DNA of 64,000 nucleotides from Octopus sinensis (taxonomy: Eukaryota). The stretch lies in contig NC_043024.1 in NCBI RefSeq assembly GCF_006345805.1, positions 4,402,001-4,466,000 on the forward strand, given 5' to 3'. Made by a program: the position numbers and the translations under genes. Position 1 is the stretch's first letter, and every line of letters begins with the position of its first letter. Of the stretch, positions 12,385 through 26,003 are shown in pieces. The notes under the pieces are model-generated. The model saw only the letters and a list, made by a program, of their open reading frames with translations. It ran no database searches and had not been told where the DNA came from.

Positions 12385-12699
12385 TATATGCAAGTTGTAA
12401 ATTGAAATGACGGAGAAGAACTAGCAAAAATAAAGACATTTTTAAAATGTTTCACACAAATGCCGATCCATGTGAACCATCCTCTTTTCGTTTCAGTATT
12501 TCGAGTGCACAATCTAATTTTTATATATTCTCCATTTTTCAGTAATTACATCGTAATTTCCCTGCATTTAAATAAATTCTTAGATTTACAAGCCAAATAT
12601 AAAGGAAAATGTTGTGTAATCAAGGTATTGCACTGACACAAAGCAATGTAAGAAATAACCAAAACTGGAACGGAATGTCTAAAAGAAAATAAAACAAGT

Positions 12700-13150
12700 A
12701 TTCGAATGTCAGCCTTACTTACTTTCATATAATTTCGGCTTTGTTTAGTGAGATTCTTTTAATTTAATTATTCAACACGTCAGAATAAGCAAATGTACGT
12801 AAAATGACACATATACAATAGAAATGCTTAAATAAATATAATACTCACATAGAAATATCTGTATATATATAGAGAGAGAGTCACCGAGGAAAATGTGAGA
12901 ATATGATGAAGCAGTGAGGTCTGGAGTCTGAGTGGACAATGACAGCTTCAAGAGAATATCTAGATTTTTAATAGCAAACGTTGATTTATATTTTACAGAT
13001 GAATTTAATAAAGAATACTGTACGGATTTCTTTACACACTTAATTATCAAACGTGTGTATATTCAATTGGGTTCTCTCTTAAACAAGGAAACAGAATTGG
13101 AAAGATTTAGCAATTAACAGACGAGGGGAAATCACTCTATTTCTAATATC
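12700..13150 (-). promoter_or_regulatory. Minus-strand copy of the type-B ZNF promoter/exon-1 module (orphan)
   Basis: The reverse complement carries ATTCTCTTGAAGCTGTC...TGTCCACTC and a donor CTAT|GTGAGT at 12848, homologous to 36890-37000, 44490-44600 and 55140-55260. Confidence 0.6.
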
Positions 13151-13159
13151 CGTTTTTAA

Positions 13160-13368
13160 TTAAGAGCATAAATTCGTAAAAGGCTTTCTTGCTCCTGTTT
13201 CTTACGCATTTTTATTGCTTGATCGGTTCCACTTTACAACTGATATTTAAGAGAAAACCCAATCAAATATATACACGATTGGTAATTAAATTTCTAAAGA
13301 AACAAATACAGCTTTTACGATTATGTGGACCTGAAAAATATTAATTAACGTTTGTTGTAAAAATCTAG

Positions 13369-13408
<40 letters not shown>

Positions 13409-13415
13409 CTGTGTA
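13160..13415 (+). promoter_or_regulatory. Type-B promoter/exon-1 module of gene 2 (donor at 13413)
   Basis: GTTCCACTTTACAACTGATATTTAAGAGAAAACCCAATC motif shared with the other paralogs; part of exon 1 is replaced by (TA)n; GTAAGT donor. Confidence 0.55.
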
Positions 13416-13500
13416 AGTATTATATTTATATAAACATTTCTATTATATATGTGTCATGCCATATATCTGATTGTTTCGATGTGTTGAGTAAGTTAAAAGG

Positions 13501-13760
13501 ATACTACTTAAGAAGAGTGCTCCCGGTGCGTGCACTCGCGTATCCGCCCTAGCTAGTCGATCCTTACTTTGTGTTTTTGTTTTATTTACTTTGTGTTTTA
13601 TTTACTTTCTTTTTAAAACATTATTTACCTTGGGTAAAAAAAGATTATGTATTTTGTGTTTTATTTACTTTCCTACGTAGTCGTTGTAGGATCGACTAAT
13701 CACGACTAGCTAGCGCGGATGCGTGAGTGCGCGCACCTGAACCACTCTAATTAAGTAATA
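13501..13760. mobile_element. MITE with GC-rich TIRs of about 55 bp
   Basis: cccggtgcgtgcactcgcgtatccgccctagctagtcg is inverted relative to cgactagctagcgcggatgcgtgagtgcgcgcacc; related copy at 27935-28155. Confidence 0.65.
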
Positions 13761-13899
13761 CCTGTTAAAAGAAAGAGTTTCACTAAACAAAAAAATATTT
13801 TATAAACACATTCTACCAGTTTACGAAATTAAAAATTTTTTAGTTACCGAGAAATTGTGTTAAAAACTGCCGTCCAAACCGAAAAGATCCAGGCTGTTA

Positions 13900-14370
13900 T
13901 TTTAATACTTTCATTCTGTTTGTTTTCCTTTAGACATTTCATTGCACTTTTGGTTATTTCCTATATTCGTTAACGTCAGATCTGGAGGCATCGAATTGTG
14001 GCCCTTTCCAATGAATAGCATCCCGCAAACGTCACAGTAGAACTCCTGGTTTACTGTCTGACCAGGTGGAGCATACTCATGATGAACAATCCCCTGGAGT
14101 CGAAGAAAACGGTCAACAGTGTCTTCACATTCGTCAGTCATGGAGAGGTCGAGGTTTTCTTCGTCTCAGACCACAATTGGTATTTCACTGGTGGTGCCTT
14201 GCATGCTAATGCACAATCTCTACATGATTTTTACCAAATTTTGAATGTCCCAGTCCATTGCTGGCCAATACACATGACTCCCCATCAAAGCTTACAGTCA
14301 TGACATCCCCGGGGGTTCACAATGAAATTCATGTAATGTCCTTTTCTGTACTGCAGTTGGTTCTACCACT
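13900..14370 (-). mobile_element. Mariner transposase relic
   Basis: QGIVHHEYAPPGQTVNQEFY in ORF 13911-14141 resembles the mariner G-I-V-x-x-E-F-x-P-x-G-Q-T-V-N motif. Confidence 0.75.
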
Positions 14371-14884
14371 CTTTGTGTTTACATTAATACATTGTCACAG
14401 ATTTTCCTGCTTCATTGGTGTGTCTAGGAGTTGTTATTACAATACGTGTGTCCAATATATGATAGAAACTTCTTAAAAATGATGAGATTGGATAAGTTTA
14501 ATACTTCTACAATTTAGCAAAATAGAAGAGTTATAAAATTGCACTTTTGAATATCTACCTTTTAAACATATTCTATATCTTATGTTATTTTTTCTATTCT
14601 TTCAGAAAATCACATGAAATTGGCTAAAAAGTATTTTTTACTTTTAAAGAATCATCAATATGTATCATGTTTGAAAGACTCTGCAAAGATATTCTACAAA
14701 CGTATACTCCTTCTTCTATAAAACATTGCTGAGTTACAGTAAAATATTTCCTCTGAGATAGAAAGCATTTCTTTACTTCTGTGTCTTAAATGTGCAAGAG
14801 ATAATTTTCTCTTTTAAATATACTTTGATAGATTTCCAAAGAGTATTTGCGACATTTTTAAATATTGGCATTGATCACATTTAG

Positions 14885-16800
<1,916 letters not shown>

Positions 16801-17189
16801 TTTACATGTTTTCTCTTAGTCTAAAAGTTTGTAATTCCTATTAGGTAATGAAACACATGTAATGCTGAATAAATACTATCAAACTGTTTTCCAGTCTCCT
16901 TATGTGATATGTAATTACTCTGCAAAAAATATTATCCAAACCTCAGACAAAAATAATATTTATGTATATATATAATAACCAGCTGTTATGCTTTCATTAG
17001 ATTAGTGGAATAAATGGGATGGGGACAGAAGTGGAGAAAATGGAGGGAGAAATAGTGTAAGGTGATCTTATAATAATTCTGCTTCTCGTTCTGTTACTTA
17101 GCTCGTCAGTAACACTTTCATGTTATTAGAGAAAAGGGGGTAGAGAGAGAAAAGATGATAAGACAAAGAGTGAGGCAAATAAAGAAAGA

Positions 17190-17524
17190 ATGTGGCGGCT
17201 GGTGGGTTTGGACTGAGCATCTTTGAATACACTCAAAAAATGGTGTGGAAAAAATTATTTCACACCAAAGTACAAACGGGCCCTTTATGAAAAACAAGGA
17301 CGGGTCATTCGAAGCTTTCTATCCCCAGTAAAGAACCAGATCATCCTCGCAATTTCGGCTGATTAATCTTGAAATTGCTCCAATCTGGCCAGCCCGAAGG
17401 AAAAACTAAGCTAAGAGCATCAGATTCCTTGGAAGAAAGCATGGCATGTATACGAAAATAAGGACAGAAAAACAGACGATGTTACACAAATATAAATACA
17501 AAATACAATAAAAAATATTAATAA
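17190..17524 (+). repeat. Dispersed repeat (unclassified); inverted copy at about 50130-50470
   Basis: ctccaatctggccagcccgaaggaaaaactaagctaagagcat matches the reverse complement of about 50240-50290. Confidence 0.7.
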
Positions 17525-18400
17525 CTAGCAGAATTGCCCGGCGTTGCTCGGGGCTGAATTGCTTGAGAGTACTGTTAATGATTGCACTGAATTATGATGA
17601 TTATTCAGACAAATATTGATATAAGTTTACGGCGAATGAATGTATTTGTAAGTGTATAGAAAGCCGTGTAAAGGGTTCCTACCCCCTCGTAGAATGGTGT
17701 AAGAATTGAATGCGAGGTTGCCTTGAAAAGAGCCATGTTATTGTTCTCATAATTGTAAGAATTTGATAATCACGGAAGGCGATGTAAAACGTTCGCAGGT
17801 GAATAGGGTCTCTTCGTTTTGCCCGAACGGCAGCGGATGTGCTGTTACAAAACTTTGTGCTGTGTTAAAAGAGAGTGGATTTCCTATGTAGACAAGAGGG
17901 GAATGAAGCATGGGTAAGTAAATATGGGTAATTTATAAAATATAGAACAATAGCATCTACTCACCATATGTCAGACCGGCAAGACTGTAGTGGTACTGAT
18001 TAGATGAATCACAACACAGTGGTGGAGATGTTTTCATTGATGGGCGTTTTGATTAAATTTGTTGTTGTATAAAATGATCTGTTGCTTAGTTTCCAAAGTG
18101 TATGTTGCGATCGTGTTGTCGCTTATGTAAACTTTAACAGTGAGAGTGTAGATGTAGGTGGTAGATGTGTCATGTACGTTGGATATCAAAGATGAGGCTG
18201 GTGGTTTGATGATGAATGGATAGAAATAGAGGTGAGCGAAGGACAGGTGTTGGTTAAGTGTGAATTAATATCATGAAATGCTTAAAAATGTAAATGCCAT
18301 CATAAAAGAGAGTCGTATGTAAGTGAAATACTAACGTGTTCGAAAATGATGAAACGTAGTAATCCTATAAAACCTCCTTGTACACAATGTTTTTTGTTTT

Positions 18401-20026
18401 TCATTGTGGAACAAATGCGAAAGCATCACTGTTGCTGCCGACACGCAAGCAGCCAACATAAAGCTGACCATGAGAGAAACATGGCTCTCCCAAATGTATT
18501 CCCGCCACAGACAGTGTTTGACCCTGCACTTTTTTAATTGACATTGCGAAACATGGCCTTACTGGGAACTGGGACCTCCGAAATATGAAAGGTAGGTCTG
18601 CTCCTGATGGGAAAAGATGCATCCTAGGTATGAGCACAACGTTGCCTCGACCGCACCCTGTGATAATGGTGGCCTCAATCAGATTGGGAGATAAGGACTT
18701 AACGATCAAACGTGTGCCATTACATTGTTTTGGGGGAACCAAATTTCTAATGAGCATTATAGGGGCACCAACTTTAAGTTTGAGAATGTGTGGTGGTAGT
18801 CCGGGGGGCTCAAAGGAATTGAGTACCTCTATTGGATAATTGATGACGTCCTCTGGGTCAGGAGTTGTGTCGATAGACTTATATACATAGACATCCCCAG
18901 GAATGAGTTTTAGCATTTCATCATTAATATGGTGAACAGTTTTATTCCTCGGGGCCAGAATAGCCCTTTGGCCAATCCAATCCATATTCTGATAATTAGC
19001 TTGTAGATCTGGGAACACTGCATCTCTGAGATCAGAAGGCATTTTAACAATGGTACAAATGGAATCGATGGCAATATTACCATTTTCATCCCCTGGTATT
19101 TTGCCTTCGCCAAGTGCAAGGAGGGTGTGAGAAAATGCTGCTGAAGATATATCATGTCGCATATGAGCACGCATATTGGTGTGAAGTTTGAGAGTCTTCA
19201 CCAGTGGCCACAATGTGGATGACTTAAGACACGCACTTACTGCATCAGCTCTAGTCCCTTTGGGAAAAATGGGAAGTGTTTGTCGGAAGTCCCATGAAAG
19301 AAGAAGTGTTATGCCTCCCATGGGAGCTGAAGAGTGTTTGATGTCTCTGAGAGATCTATCTGGTGCCTCCAGAGCACCTCTGTGGGCCATCGTGCATTCA
19401 TCCCAAACGATAAGCTTGCATCGTCTGAAGACTTCTGCCTGATCAGAGCTGTTACTGATGTTGCAAGTTGGTATCTCAGTCTTCGCTGAGTCAAGCGGGA
19501 GCTTGAAAGTAGAGTGAACTGTCCCTCCGCCTGGCAACAAAGTAGCCGCAATTCCAGATGATGCCACAGCTAAGGCAATGCCTTGTGTTCGCCTAATCTC
19601 AGCCAATATTAATTTGTTGACAAAAGTTTTCCCAGTGCCCCCAGGAGCGTCCAGGAAAAAAATCCCCCCAGCTTTGGCCCGGACTGAATTAACAACGGAG
19701 TTGTAAGCGAACTTCTGTTCCGGAAGGAGCTTTGGCTCATTGTCGGCTATGTACTCGGCAAGCTCGTCAACATTAAAACATGTCTCACGCAGCAAATGTG
19801 AAGACAGAGTGTTTGTGCCTTCCCGGTTTGTTGAAGGTAGGCCATAGACCGGCAAGGCACTACCGCCCATATCAAGTACAGTATCTTCGATTTCAAGCAG
19901 CGCCCTGTTGTAAATGAGGTCAGTGTACCCGACCTCCATTGATGGATGTAGCGATTGAGCATGACGCAGGAAATCTTCAGACATATAATCTTTGTAGGTA
20001 AGCCATAAAGAGGCAGGATTAGCCAA
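18401..20026 (-). pseudogene. Helitron PIF1-family helicase domain
   Basis: Motifs FLDAPGGTGKT, ASSGIAATLL, IVWDE, DFRQTLP, ILAPRN, CNGTRL, QGQT, FSHGQLYV. Some are altered (SWDFRQ, SIKKVQ), and the frame is shifted relative to 20028-20522. Confidence 0.92.
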
Positions 20027-20027
20027 G

Positions 20028-20570
20028 TCACACCATAGTAATAGAATAGCGAAAAGATCTGATTTTTTTAGGAGATTTTAATGAAACACCCTCCGCCATA
20101 GTGGCGCCCCATTGTGAATCATCCTCCAAAAGTCGACGCCGAAAATAGGCTTCGCGGAAAGTATCACATAATACACCATCAACAGTTCTGATGTCTTGAA
20201 AACTTTGTGTGCCTAAAACCTCATGGAGGAGAAGGCGCAGGTGAAAACACTCATGTTGGTTTGGAGGTACAGTGTAGACTCTTCCTAGACAACTGTTAAA
20301 CTTGACACCAGGATGTCCTTCAACAGCCTGACCCGATTTCCTACGCACCCAATTGTTGTTTGACCACACGTAGTAGGACGGGACCTGAGGGTATAAAAGT
20401 GTTTTAGCAAATGTGTCAAGTTGGCAAAGCCTAAAGAAACCGGTCAAAGTTGTTTGTTTTGGATTTGCCCCCAATTCAGCTGCAGTCTGTTCAGTAAAGT
20501 AAGTTCGCTGGCCATTTTCCAAATGAACTGCTTGTTGTAATATGGCGGGGTGCCTTTGGAAATATTTGAA
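20028..20570 (-). pseudogene. Helitron Rep-helicase linker region
   Basis: AVHLENGQRTYF...TTLTGFF...LLYPQVP...GRVYTV...LRLLL...TVDG...TFREA, characteristic of RepHel. Confidence 0.85.
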
Positions 20571-20604
20571 ATTGGGGATAGAGAATAAGCAGAAAGATTC
20601 AAGG

Positions 20605-21014
20605 TGTAAGAGTTAACACTTCCTTCTCCAAGCCTTGATTCGAAACCGAATCCAAGAATTCTCGGTCGTCCAAACCACGACGATCAGCAGGCGCGAAAAA
20701 AAGGTTTGCTTTGTCCTGACAAAAATTGATTGATCATCTGTCTTTGATCTGCGACCTCAGCAGGTCATGCGAAGTTCAGCTGGACAAGCGCTGACCTATT
20801 TAGGTACAAACAGCAGAGGCAGGCAGACAGACGAGACAGTCCACCTACAGAAGGTTTTGGCAGAGACCGATCGACTACTGTTTCAAATGAACAACGCACA
20901 CACACCAACATGTTAATTCCTGATATGACACCCACAAATGTATTTTGTATGTAGTGTACCTATAACGAATCAATCCCTGTAAATAAATTCTTTTCAATTA
21001 TGAATCGGTTTACA
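20605..21014 (+). mobile_element. Possible solo LTR
   Basis: TGTAA...TTACA ends, AATAAA about 30 bp before the 3' end, about 410 bp long. No TSD found. Confidence 0.3.
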
Positions 21015-21039
21015 TACACACTTAACCAATGTAAACCGC

Positions 21040-21182
21040 ACACATACATACACACATATATATACTCACATACACACACATATATACTCACATACACACA
21101 CATATATACTCACATGCACACACATATATATACTCACATACACACACATGTACAAACACACACATATATATACACACACATA
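21040..21182. repeat. (CA)/(TA) compound microsatellite
   Basis: Direct reading. Confidence 0.9.
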
Positions 21183-21612
21183 CCTGAATGATGTACCTAC
21201 TATGGATGCTGTCCAAAAACTAAAAACTAGTAAAAGAATATAACACACATATATATAATATCTATTATATGTGGTGCAATTGATATTATGGATTAATAAA
21301 TATATTTCTTTATTGCCCACAAGGCGCTAAACATAGAGGGGACAAACAAATTGTTTTCTCTGTTGGATTTCAAGTCAATTTCTTCCTACGATAATGTCTA
21401 ATTTGATAATTATCAGTTTTGAAAATATGTCTAAACTGGTACAAAATGAGTAAAGACTAATATCAATGATTTCTATCCTTTAACTGCATGGTGAATAAAT
21501 ATATCTCGAAGACAGCCACCCCAGCAAATTAATGAAGGAGCTATAAAGAATATTCTATGTTGAGTTTTAAGAATTACTTACGTTTCGTTAATTTCATATC
21601 ATGTGTCATTTT

Positions 21613-21857
21613 TCATCATCATCATCATCATCGTTTAACGTCCGTTTTCCATGCTAGCATGGGTTGGACGGTTCAACTGGGGTCTGGGAAGCCAGAAGTC
21701 TGCGCCAGGCCCAGTCTGATCTGGCAGTGTTTCTACAGCTGGATGCCCTTCCTAACGCCAACCACTCCGTACAGGTGCCAGTCGAGGCTCGCAAACGGCT
21801 ACAATCGGATGGTGCCTTTTACATGCCACCTGCAAAGGTGCCAGTCGAGGCTCGCAA
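21613..21857 (-). mobile_element. RTE LINE 3' tail (younger subfamily)
   Basis: (CAT)n-CGTTTAACGTCCG...GGATGCCCTTCCTAACGCCAACC, matching the 3' end of the RTE at 38535. Confidence 0.8.
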
Positions 21858-22770
21858 TCATTCTCTCTTCAGAGCATCTTGACTGAATACAAATATATTC
21901 ATACAGAGGAGAAACCATAACGGTCTGATATCAGAGCTTAATCATTCCTTCAAAATGGTGTATTAATTATACACAGTCTTATTATTATGAAAGATAAAAC
22001 CATACCCTAAGCTATTTGTGCTAAATCAATCTATGAAAATAATCAATTATTAAAACATAAATGCATTCATGCAGAAGAGGAACCATATCACTACAATGAT
22101 GATTATCATCATCATTTAAAATTCGCTTTTCCATGCATCTGTCTATCAGATGAAATTCATTGATGGAAATTTTCCTGAGCTGGGTACCCTTTCTTGTGAC
22201 CAATCCTCACCTGATTCCAAGCAAGGAAATATTTTCCCTGGTGAGACATATTTTACGCAGAGGACTGGATGAGCAACTGCCTTAGTATGGCACTCATGAT
22301 GGCCATTTACGGACATCACATAATGTCTGGATAAGGGTACACTCACTTGTGCATACACACACACACTCACACACATGTATATATGTATATAGGAAGAATT
22401 TCTTATAGGAGATATTTTACATGTTTTCTCTTAGTCTAAAAGTTTGTAATTCCTATTAGGTAATGAAACACATGTAATGCTGAATAAATAATATCAAACT
22501 GTTTTCCATATCAGTATGATGATGGTAGTCATCATCATTTAAAATTCATTTTCCATGCTTCCATGGATCAGATGGAATTCATTGATGGAGATTTTCTGCA
22601 GCTGGATGCCTTCCCTGTCACCAATCCTCACCTGTTTCCAAGCAAGGACATATTTTACGCAGACTGGAAACTAATAACTGCTCACTTGATGTCGATGCCC
22701 AATCACATCCATCATGTAATGTTTAAACAAGGGACAAGAGAACACAAAAACACACATTTATGTATAGACA
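21858..22770 (+). pseudogene. Orphan ZNF 3'-end relic with two tandem copies of the old RTE-tail module
   Basis: One finger remnant (aatcattctct...cat aca gag gag aaa cca), then a 3' module most similar to the reverse complement of 52700-53170. Confidence 0.65.
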
Positions 22771-22794
22771 TGCACGTGTGTGTGTGTGTGTGTA

Positions 22795-22825
<31 letters not shown>

Positions 22826-23875
22826 ATATAAATATATATATATGCATATATATATATATATAAAATGTGACCGTGTCTGTACCGTTGGCGATTTTTTCCC
22901 TCTGTCTTTCCTTCTTTCCTGAGTGTCCAATAATACTATATTTGTTCTACGTCCTCGCGTTGTTGTGTTTTTTGTGCTTTCTTGTTTGGATTAACTTTAT
23001 ATATATATATATAAAATAATATTAGGGAGTAAATCCAAACTTACAGGGAAAAATTAGATTTAGGATTAAATCTAATTTTACAGTATAAATACAAATTAAA
23101 TTAGAGATAAAACCACTATTAGGCAAATCAAACAGTGAAAAACATAGAAATAAAATTGATTAATTATAATATACAAAATATATAAAATATAAAATTCAAA
23201 ATTTAAATTATTTAAATTTAAAGTTAAAAATTAAAAATTATTAATTTATATTTATAAATAAAAAATAAATAAATATATATATATATATATAAATTTATAA
23301 ATATAAATTAATAATTTTAAATTCTTTACTTTAAATTATAATTATATTTTGAATTTTATATTTTATATATTTTGTATATTATATTGATTAATTTTATTTC
23401 AATATATTTTGATTTATGTCTTTCGCTGTTTGATTTGCCTAATAGTGGTTTTATCTCTAATTTAATTTGTATGCATGTGTATATGTATAAATGCATGCAG
23501 GTGAATGTATGTATATGTCTGTGTGTGTTCAGAATGGTTCACATTCGAGGAACTCAAATGAACTTCAACATTTTATTTTATTGTTTGGTGGCATTTTCGA
23601 ACGAATTGCAAGAACTGTGATATATTCAATTTTTTTTTTTTTTTGCTATTTGCTTTTTATTTACTTTGTTTGATTTGTGTAAAAAAATTATATACAGTTT
23701 TCAAAAAAAAAAATTAATTAACCAAGTTTAAAAAATTATTTACTTTGCTTTTTATTTGATTTGTGTAAAAAAAAATCATATTGTTTTAAAAAATAATTTT
23801 TTTAGTTAAAAAAATTATTTACTTTGCTTTTTATTTGATTTGTGTAAAAAAATCATATACATTGTTTTAAAAAAT

Positions 23876-24257
23876 ACTCTTTACTCTTTTACTTGTTTCA
23901 GTCATTTGACTGTGGCCATGCTGGAGCACCACCTTTAATCGAGCAACTCGAGCCCGGGCCTTATTCTTTTGTAAGCCCAGTACTTATTCTATCGGTCTCT
24001 TTTGCCAAACCGCTAAGTGACGGGGACATAGACACACCAGCATCAGTTGTCAAGCAATGCTTGGGGGACAAACACACACACGCATATATATATATATACA
24101 TATATACGACGGGCTTCTTTCAGTTTCCGTCTACCAAATCCACTCACAAGGCTTTGGTCGGCCCGAGGCTATAGCAGAAGACACTTACCCAAGGTGCCAC
24201 GCAGTGGGACTGAACCCGGAACCATGTGGTTGGTAAACAAGCTACTTACCACACAGC
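23876..24257 (-). mobile_element. SINE family A, near full length, inserted in a roughly 75-bp AT-rich tandem repeat
   Basis: Reverse complement of the 47568-47952 consensus. The flanking unit aaaaattatttactttgctttttatttgatttgtgtaaaaaaa recurs at 23640-23870 and 24270-24330. Confidence 0.85.
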
Positions 24258-24469
24258 CACAATTAATTTTTTTAGTTAAAAAAATTTATTTACTTTGCTT
24301 TTTATTTTATTTGTGTAAAAAAATCATATACATTGTTTAAAAAAATAATTAATTTACTTCCTTTAAAAAATTCTTTTATTTTATTCTGCAAAATATTGTT
24401 TTATTTTGTTCGCACATGCACCAATCAACTACTTATGACTAGCTAGCGTGGACTGGGACCAGTATTCAC

Positions 24470-24967
24470 TAGTAGTACCCACATTCTACCTGTATACGAA
24501 GTTTAGAATTTTTTAGTTACGTGGAAATTATTTTTAAAAACTGCCAGTCAAACCGAAAAGGTATCTTTTCCTGTTGAAGGCCAGATTTCAACACAATTTC
24601 TTGTTAACTAAACACTTTATAACTTCGTATACTGGTAGAATGTGTCTAAAGAAAACATTATTTTCACTTGGCTTTCTTGAAAAAATTGTAATTTGTTTGT
24701 TTAACGTAGTTTAATTTTTCGAATTTTAACCAATCCTATGCTCTCTTTTGAGCTAAAATCATTTGCTGCGTCTAAAACATCCTGTAACTAACCCTAACCC
24801 TAAATTTTTTTTTTCTTAATTGTTCCACGTGTAAAAAAAAACTAAAGCAATGGAAAATAATTTAAACAATTAACATACAAAATAATTCTATTATTTTATA
24901 CACACGCTTTCCGTATACGTACGGAAAGCGTGTGTATAAAATTATAGAATTATTTTGTATGTTAATT
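24470..24967. mobile_element. GGATCTTTT-family MITE fragments ending in a 100-bp hairpin
   Basis: Homology to 11652-12050; terminal 48-bp arms with a TACG loop at 24868-24967. Confidence 0.7.
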
Positions 24968-26003
24968 AATGCCCAGTAAAATATTTCCTCTGAGAGAAAA
25001 AAAAAACTTTTATTTTACTGAATGAAATGTGCAAGAGAAATTATCTCACTAAACGAAGACAAAAATACATGACCACAGCCTTCTTTCTTTTAGATATTCC
25101 CTTGCAGTTTTGGTCCGAACTATTTCGTGCTAACGTAGTAACACGCAAGGGTAGGTTACTCCGCTCACTTGTAGCATGCGGCGGAAGGATACACAAAGCA
25201 ACTTCCACCCAGCCGTGACTGGCGCCAAAACCGAAGAGGTCAACTTTAGTTGCTGTTTTGACGTTGACAAGTCAACATGTCATTTTTACTCCGTCGCAGT
25301 GTTCGTTAGCCACATGTAGCAAGAGGCTGATATTTAACCGTGACAAATCACCATTTGCACAAGGCATTAATTCCCCGTCGTGTTACAGTTTGCAGGGGTA
25401 AAGAAAACGCACCATAACCCTTTTTGGCGAGTAAGGGCGTCTGATTATTAGTAAGTATTAAACCCTTTTTTTGCATGCATTTTGGTACACAATAATGTAA
25501 TTATTGGCGAACCTTCGTGTACTTTGTGTACATTTCTGAAGATAACAGAAACCCTTTTCTCCTAACCCTAAACCCCACCATATATAAAAAAACCCTTTCT
25601 TGAAATATATCCGGTACCTATACCGAAGTTACGCCTAATTATTATCTTTGTTTCGTATCAGAGCTGTTATCCATTCCTTAAATAAATCTCTGGATTCCGT
25701 TGATGACCCCTCCCCATCGTGTTACAATTTGCAGGGGTAAAGAAAACGCACAACCCGTTTTCGGCGTGTCCCTAAACAGCAGGTGTGCGTATTCTTTACC
25801 TTCGGCGTGAAAGCTTCACATTAATGGCGGTGCCCCAGCATGGCCACAGCTCGTGAGCTGAAACTAGATAAAATATATATATATGTATATTTGTTTGAGA
25901 GAGGGTGATAGAGTTTTGTTAAGGATTTAATGTCCAGGAGTTGCTATTATAATTACTGTATCTCATTCATTTATAATTTATCAAAACAATTGTAAATTTG
26001 GGG

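Larger units (their letters stand above)
17525..20580 (-). mobile_element. Helitron (5'-truncated or deleted autonomous-type remnant)
   Basis: Minus-strand 3' end CCCGAGCAACGCCGGG...CTAG|T at 17525, plus RepHel-derived ORFs. The HUH Rep core is not present. Confidence 0.9.
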
